DNA from: Catajapyx aquilonaris
Lineage: Eukaryota
Length of the DNA: 46,559 nt
Direction: 5' to 3'
NCBI GenBank assembly: GCA_000934665.2
Contig: JYFJ02003094.1
Location: 1-46,559, forward strand
Both the position numbers and the translations under genes were made by a program. Below, piece after piece: positions 39,690 to 46,559 of this stretch. The notes beneath the pieces are model-generated. The model had not been told where the DNA came from, searched no databases, and was given only the letters and a program-made list of their open reading frames with translations. Each line of letters opens with the position of its first letter. Position 1 is the stretch's first letter.

Positions 39690-41790
39690 AGGCCTCGAGA
39701 GGACAACGTGGCTGTTTTCCATGCCCCTGTGTTCCACTTGTAATTTAGCAATGCAAGACTACACCCGAGTTTTGTTGGAAACTAGTGAACAGCACAAGTA
39801 AATGAGAGAAAGCAGACAAACCAGGGACAGCCGTGACATTAACAAAGTACTTGAGCAGCTGGAATCCATAACCCCATACCCCATTCCATTCTGACTCAAT
39901 CGGGTCTCTGGAACATCGTGACAGGAGTAACTGCTGATCCTGGAGTTAACGTTCATGAATTGCGTTCCATCGGTAAGGACATTGTCGTCAAAATGTTAGG
40001 AAAGCAAGTGTTTTCATATTCTGACAAAAGATCTGACAAAGTGAAAACCCTAGGATCTGCTGCCGTTAGGAGCACTGTCGATGCCAATGTAGAAATAGAT
40101 CCTGCACTCCTGTTTCAGAGAATGATGACTTGGCAGTGAAATGAATCTCGAAGATGTCATGTGTTACGAACTTTGTGCGTACCCTCCTGCATTATTTGAA
40201 TCACGAAGTCTCTTGAGGAAAGCCGAAAAGGCTCAGTTAGCTCATGCAATACTCAAACACACTGACACGTTACGTATGGAAGAGGCAAATGCACTGCACA
40301 GACCAGTACGTATTGGATGGAGGATCTTTACTACATCGTGTTTCATGGCGAAAAGATGAAACATATGAGGAAATTGCAAACTCCTATGCCGATTTCACTG
40401 TCAAGGCTTATGGAAAAGCTATCATTGTTTTTGATGGCTACAGCAGCTCTCCTACGATCAAGGACATGGCCCACAGAAGACGCAGCACCAAGACAAGCAG
40501 AAAAATGTGAATGTCAGTCCGGGCATGAAGTTTGTCGGCCAGAAGGAACACTTCTTAGCTAACAAAAACAATAAGCAAGCATTGATTTACCTCGTAGGTG
40601 AAATGTTGAGGAATCGCTGGTGTACTGTGCACCACGCAAATGGGGATGCTGATGTGGACATAGTTCGTGTTGCAGTTGCCTCAGACGAAAATGCTACTAC
40701 TAACAGTAATAGGGGAAGACACCGACTTGTTGATCCTCCTTCTCTGCCATGCCAAAGGGGGGGGGGGGGGGGNTAAGTTGCACTATCGGAGTGACATAAG
40801 ACGGGGTCCATCTCCCAATCCAGTGTATGATATTCGCAGAATTCAATCATTGTTGGGTAATGACATATGCAAGTTCCTTCTGTTTGTGCATGCGTTCACG
40901 GGCTGCGACACCACGTCCAGAATTAATTTTATTCGATTGGGAAAGCCGCTGCGTTCGACGAACTGATAAAGGTGGCTGAATTCCAATCAGTTGCAGATAC
41001 ATTCTGTTCGGAGAGTTTCCGACACGCGGATATTGAAGCAGCTGGAAGGAAGGCAATGCTTCTGTTGTACGGCTGCAAAACTTTGGCATCCACTAAGGCC
41101 CGATTCACACGAGCCTCCAATAGTCCTGGGAGCATGCGCAGTAGGTGATTTGGGCCTGGCCGAAAGGGGCGGAGTTAGTTCCTTCAACCAAATAGCCCAT
41201 GCTCTATTTTCCTTGCGCTTTCCCGACCGCCTTCCCCCACCCAGCAAGCAAAGGGAGGTTTTTGACAGGGAGGTGGGAGGGCGGGAGGGGTCGGCGTGAA
41301 AGTTGCCACTCTTTCAGCTCTGTTGAATGACGTCACTGGCAGAAAAGGCGAACAACCAAAGCGACCGTGTGAATCGGGCCTAACGCACTGCGCCATCGAA
41401 TGTTAGTTGAAAAGGTAGCTGCAGCAAAATCATTTGTTGCTCCCGAGCGTTTGCCGCCTACCGACTCTTGTACAAAGTACCACAGCTTTCGTACATACTT
41501 TCAAATAAGAATCTGGAAGTCTACAGAAGAGGGGATCAGTGCTGAAGATTGGGGCTGGTATTTAAAGGCTAATTCCTTCTACCCGGAAGTCTGCGAAATG
41601 CCACCAGCTCCAGATTATCTACTCAACATTATCCGCTGTTCCTGCAAGACGAAATGTTCTATACTTCTCGATGTGGATGCAAGCGTAACGGGTTGCCCTG
41701 CACTGCTGCTTGTGGCGAGTGCCAAATCAGTGGTTGCAATAACATCAGTATTGCTATTGAATATCATGACAGTGATGGAGAGGATTAATT
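39690..41790 (+). pseudogene. Frameshifted C-terminal half of an Academ transposase (XPG/PIN-like nuclease plus Cys8 zinc finger)
   Basis: Motifs occur in order across frames: WLFSMPLC..TSEQHK, IDPALLFQR, YELCAYPPALF, YVLDGGSLLH, IVFDGY, FLANKNNKQ, GDADVDIV, GEDTDLLILL, HAFTGCDTTS, LPPT, DWGW, CSCKTKC..CGCKRNGLPCTAACGEC. Several stops and frameshifts are present. Confidence 0.85.
41097..41380. mobile_element. PIF/Harbinger-type MITE nested in the Academ ORF
   Basis: Perfect TIR GGCCCGATTCACACG...CGTGTGAATCGGGCC with a TAA TSD (41094-96, 41381-83). Removing it restores the frame ...GCKTLASTNALRHRMLVEKV... Confidence 0.92.
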
Positions 41791-43000
41791 CCCGTATGTC
41801 TGGGGGCAGGTAGTCTTATATGTAATATGATCCTCAGATAAAACGGGAACTGAACAAATTATTTCTGTTTTCCATTTTTTTCTGCACGAAATTGTATTAC
41901 ATCATAATAACAGGTACCGGTACGTAATATGTATGAACTAGGCGGTACCCCGTGTATGTATGAATATGTTGCATATTGCGGGAAACACAATTTGGTTCAA
42001 AAGATTTTAACTGTCAATAAAAACATCATTTATCTCTCTACAAAGCCCCATCTACACTGTATTTTCTAGGGAAAACAAAAAGGTGCGCAATTTTTTGATA
42101 AATCTTTGGGGGTGTTCCAGGTTTTGTCGAATTTAGGCTATGCTATTCAACATTGGTTTCTGAGGTGGAAACCGTTCAGAAAGCTTCTGAAGTATTATTT
42201 TTTCCAGTTTGACTGAATACTGGCTCTAAAAAGCCTGTATTCAGAGAGACATGTATATGAAGATATGTACATATCTCCGCTACTATTACACCTACATGAA
42301 CGATTCAAGTATCATTTTGTAGCTAAGAAGGTTCCGCAAAACATTTATTGGAGCATATTCTCTGTATGGCGCATATTTCATGCGCCGCCGGCATGAATAT
42401 GCTGGAGGTCAGAGACTGTATTGCACATAATTTGACCTGGTCAGTGACGTATGACCCCTACATGGCCGGAAATGGTCCCTAAATAATCCTTGCACCATGC
42501 TACACTCCTTCGAACTGAACACAAAATGTCTCTCAAGCCTTTGTTTCGGAGTAAAAAAATTATTTACTTAAATGTGGCTTGGGGGCCATTTTGTCGATTT
42601 TTGGGGGTGTTCCCGTGGACCGATTTTGGCGGATTTTGGATATGTTATTCAGCAATGGATTCTGAACTGGAAACCATTCAGAAACTTTAGGAAGCAATTT
42701 TGCCCATGTTGGGGGCAGTTTTGCTCTAGATTGCCTGGACTATCCATGCATATTGCGAGAATTGCTGCATACGAAAAGTCCAGCAGAATACTACTTCCTG
42801 TGGGCGCAAAAATGTGTCATTCATAAGACCACAAGAGCTAATAGATAATACTTCATTTCCGTAACTAAAGATATTTTAATTATTTAATCATAAATCATAA
42901 ATATGATTAAATAAAAATAATTACATATTATTTCATTTTTATCATTTTATTTTAGATTTAGTTTATTGGTTATGATAATGATTATTATGATATGATGGTG

Positions 43001-43034
<34 letters not shown>

Positions 43035-43039
43035 GTATT

Positions 43040-43390
43040 ACTGTTTTACCCCGTGATACAACTTTTCTAAGTAGTTATAGGGGGGTGGCATACCACCATC
43101 AGTTTTCTATATTTTTTCCAGCTTCTTTCTCCGGTGCAAGGAAACAGGGACATTGGGAAAGGATAGGAATTGTTGGGGAGGGGACACTTGTGCAGGTGCA
43201 ATGTCTTAAACCTTTGGGCCATGTGCAGTCCCCCTGGAGGTTAGGTTGCCAGACACCCGCAGACACCTCCTTGATGCAGGTCAGAGACCCTCCCGACGCA
43301 GGTGAAAGGGAACTCCCAGGCGGGGATCGAACCTGGGACCTTTCACTCAGCAAGCCGAGACGTTGCCATCTCGGCCATAACACCTCCCCC
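43040..43390 (-). mobile_element. SINE type B copy abutting the right arm of the Academ element
   Basis: Collinear with 13727-14064; tail TATCACGGGGTA. Confidence 0.88.
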
Positions 43391-43513
43391 GATTTTGAGA
43401 CATGTACGGAGGACAGGTGTGGTGAGTTTGTATATTTGAAGTGCGGCTGGTGTGAGCAGGATTTTTTTCATTCTTGTATGCAGTTGCATATGTGTAATAA
43501 ATATTGTAAATGA
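43391..43513 (+). pseudogene. Cys-rich C-terminus of a pogo-like transposase (fragment)
   Basis: CTEDRCGEFVYLKCGWCEQDFFHSCMQLHMC resembles the C..C..F..C.WC...H.C tail of arthropod pogo-like transposases (from recall). Confidence 0.45.
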
Positions 43514-44237
43514 TTGATTAGACTTGATTCATATTTTGCTGCATAAAGTTGATCTTTGCCTAGCCTTTCCTTTTTTCTAGTGACAATAAACACTGAATTT
43601 TCTCATTTTCTCAACATAGCCGATAATATTTGAAGCGAAACTATCTTTTCGTTTGCTCCTTTACCCTGCTGTGCCATCATAATATTGTCTTTGGGTTGGG
43701 TGTTAGTTGCTGTTCTTGGTGTGTTCATTAAGATGTGAAGCTTATAAATGTGGTACCGGTATGTTTTGTGACAGAGTGGGCAAGCAACCCTGTTGTCTGG
43801 AAAATGAGGGACAAATGAGTGCTGATAATAATCAACTGCTGCCAGGTTCAAGTAAATCGTTACACCTATTCCATCACCTTGGTCAGAGTCCAGACTCTCC
43901 ATTATGACCCTTCTCCACCATGAGTGTCACAGGGTTGTGATCTAGTTATTTACATGTCGGAATTCTCATGGTCAAGAACCCCCGGGTTTGTGGTTGCAAT
44001 AGAAGCACCAATGACCTTTTGATCGTTTAATTCACACGGTGCATCTTCACCCTTGGTATTCCGTAGCTCTATAGTCCGTGCCGTAGCTGTTGACCTAATT
44101 TGTACTACTCTATTGGAGAGCTATAACAGCGTGCAAGAAAGGTTGTTCGGGCTAACAAGTTGTGAGTATCAGAATCCTTAGGTCTTGCTACTTGACAGTT
44201 GAATTTGAATCGATATCCGAAGCATTACTTGTCGTAT

Positions 44238-44495
44238 TTGACCCCTTGACCGCTATTTTAAGTGGTAGCTAACGGTCAATTTTGCATCTCCCGTAGTTTC
44301 CAACCGATTTTGTTCAAATTTGTTGGGTGGGTATAGCCCAACCCAATGGATGGAAAGCCTGCATAAAATGAACTGGTCATAATATTGACCCCTTGGCCGA
44401 TATTTTGGGGGTAAAGGTCAATTTTGCATCTCACGTAGTTTCCAATCGATTTTCTTCAAATTTGTTGGGTGGGTAGCCCACCCCAATGGATGGAC
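44238..44495. repeat. ~147-bp tandem duplication, probably a rolling-circle element core
   Basis: TTGACCCCTTG..GGTCAATTTTGCATCTC..TTCAAATTTGTTGGGTGGGTA..CCCAATGGATGGA occurs twice. A related inverted motif lies at 38136-38158. Confidence 0.7.
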
Positions 44496-44685
44496 AACAA
44501 TTAATTTTATGCATGTTGTCCCACCCAATGGGGTAGATCTACAAACGTACTCATTAATGATACAACGCCTAATACCTAGCTTCCACAGGCCCCTCTAAAG
44601 ATTTTTTCCAATGGCATTGTACACATGACAACGACCTGAAGCTATACAGTTGAGCAGAAATATGAAGCATGTACTCCATCAATAG

Positions 44686-44975
44686 CACCGAAGCAGTTTG
44701 AAGGGGATATGGTGTCCAACTGCTAATCGGGAGGTCCTGGGATCGAATCTCGGGGCCGGCAACTCTGACCTTGGTTTTTTGTGGTTTCCCACGGTCCTTC
44801 CAGGAAAATTCCGGAGTTGCTTCCGTAATTAATAGGCCACAGCCGCTTCCTTCCGTCCCTATCCTATCCCAAAAAGCGCAGTAAAATGAAAGCAAAGAGT
44901 TCCAGGCAAAACAAACTTCCCCCCTAAAGAGCCGAATCTGGCTGATAAACGGGGTATGAATTATATTATTATTAT
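44686..44975 (+). mobile_element. SINE type C copy
   Basis: 14-bp TSD TACTCCATCAATAG (44672-85 and 44976-89). Tail CCCCTAAAGAGCC..GGCTGATAAACGGGGTA followed by (TTA)n. Confidence 0.9.
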
Positions 44976-45187
44976 TACTCCATCAATAGTTACGTAAGTA
45001 CGGTACTTATAGAGTATAAGGTAAACGTTTTTGCCCCACTCGCAATTCTCGTAGCTTTATTGGAAGTCTTCCATGTGCAACCTGTTGTGTTCGTCTCGGG
45101 TTCGATCCTGGATTGGGATTGATTGGATAGGGGTAAAAGGGAGAGAGAGTAAAAGGCACGTCTGACTCGTCTAGCTTGAGCAGCCCA

Positions 45188-45534
45188 CGGACACTCCCCT
45201 ACAGTGTGATCTTATCACCTGCCGGGGAATTTTGCATGGGGTGCTCACCTGAGAGCGCCATGAGACCTCTCAGAGTCTCATACTGGATTATGTGGCGACC
45301 CTACCGGACTAAACTGAACTTTATATGTACAAAAGGGAAGCGCTACATGTGGCCCCAACATGGCCGTCGGCGACCATGTTGGGTCTCCCAATGTAGCGTT
45401 TCCCTTTTGTATACCTATAAAGTTCAGCGTAGTCCTGTAGAGTTGCCACATGATCCAGCACCGAGATGTCTCATTGCGCTCTCAGGTGAGCACCCCATGC
45501 TAAACGCCCCGGCAGGGGGTAGGTGGGAGTGTCC
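45188..45534. repeat. Long imperfect palindrome (~170-bp arms, ~10-nt loop near 45367)
   Basis: GCATGGGGTGCTCACCTGAGAGCGC pairs with GCGCTCTCAGGTGAGCACCCCATGC, and TACAAAAGGGAAGCGCTACAT pairs with ATGTAGCGTTTCCCTTTTGTA. Confidence 0.85.
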
Positions 45535-45691
45535 AGTGTGACCATGACCTTGAGTCTCCAGAGTGGAGTCTTTTTGCTTTATTTCCAACCTCACCGCCAG
45601 ACCCATCTGTCGGCTACTCTTACAACACAACCCATGTGGAAGTTCCATGTGCAAAAGTGCAATCATTGGTACAAGTTGTCTTGATTGAACT

Positions 45692-45997
45692 CAGTGACGT
45701 AGCCGGGGGCGGGGGGCGGGGGCTCGCCCCCCCCCCCCCGAACTCTTGTGGATTTTTTTTTAAAATCCTGTTTTCAAAAAAAATCATGTTTTCAAATTAT
45801 TGATTCATGATTTTTTTGGAAAGAGTGCTATCAATTTCATCAAATACACACACACACACACATTCAAATCTCCATCGTGTGACCTTGAACCCAAAAAAAT
45901 TTTGCCTGCGGCGGGCCTCCTCCCGTTCTTTTCGGTTTATGCCCTCCCCTCCCCCCCCATTGCGCCCCCCCTAACTGGAATCCTGGCTACGTCACTG
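45692..45997. mobile_element. hAT (Tip100-like) MITE
   Basis: TIR CAGTGACGTAGCC...GGCTACGTCACTG with a perfect 8-bp TSD ATTGAACT. Confidence 0.92.
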
Positions 45998-46559
45998 ATT
46001 GAACTACAGTATTTTCTAATAATTATGCTCAGTTTTGGAGTTAGTCCAAGATAATTATAATGTTACATTATTAATGGTGTGTTCTTAATTATTAGTTTAT
46101 TACAAATAGTCTAATAATTCTGGCAATTCTGTAATGCTATTTGATATGCCAAATACTTGAGTAAAAATAAGGAACTTTAAAAAGAGAATATTCCTGAATG
46201 AAGAGTTTCCATATCGTGTATTCGGATTTCGGATTATATAAATATTAAACCCCAACAAAAAATATTGCAGGCTTATTAATGTCGAAAACGACAACTGTCA
46301 GCAAAATAATATTAGACCCTACCCTACTATTACATTATTTACCTTCTGCATGCTCTTTTCGTAGTCACATTTGCATTTGCAATAAGCTTCATAATATGAT
46401 TGGATTAGGATGTACGGTATTTTTTTACCGAGCAACATTTACGCCTTTTGGTGAAAGATGACAATGGGGAACTAGCCTTGGTCTGGGATTTGGGATTTTT
46501 GTTCATAACTAGCTAGCCCATGCCCGTAAACATACATTCCATCACTCTGTTGCATCAAA

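Larger units (their letters stand above)
38278..43010 (+). mobile_element. Internally deleted AcademX-type DNA transposon with ~750-bp inverted arms
   Basis: 38281-39030 is the reverse complement of 42258-43008 at high identity, which explains the mirrored ORFs 38463..38717 and 42572..42826. The interior encodes the PIN/XPG-like and Cys8 domains that define AcademX. The outer ends run into (TAA)n tracts, and no TSD can be resolved. Confidence 0.8.

Noticed and set aside
40757..40773. G-runs ending in N (also 3421 and 10539) as biological frameshift signals
   Set aside because: An N after a G homopolymer indicates sequencing uncertainty, so run length and frame are unreliable.

Overview
This is repeat-rich, AT-rich eukaryotic DNA from an invertebrate, most likely an arthropod judging by the SINE central domains (inference). 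One host gene can be built by hand on the + strand. It has 9 coding exons (12607-32276), all introns are GT-AG and phase-compatible, and it encodes a ~466-aa coiled-coil protein with an N-terminal MGCRSSK dual-acylation motif and no function I can name. The rest is layered mobile DNA. A decayed AcademX-type DNA transposon (~38.28-43.01 kb) has ~750-bp terminal inverted repeats (TIRs) and a PIN/XPG-like nuclease plus Cys8 finger, and is interrupted by a Harbinger-type MITE and a chimeric SINE. At least four tRNA-derived SINE types exchange modules, and most copies share a 3' tail with a LINE 3' end also present in the window. There are also Helentron-associated (HINE/DINE-1-like) elements, hAT, Kolobok, pogo/Tigger, Tc1/mariner and P/hAT-like MITEs with visible target-site duplications (TSDs), fold-back palindromes and microsatellites. 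There are no prokaryotic systems, CRISPR arrays or genuine tRNA/rRNA genes. All family assignments come from recognising motifs by eye, not from database searches.
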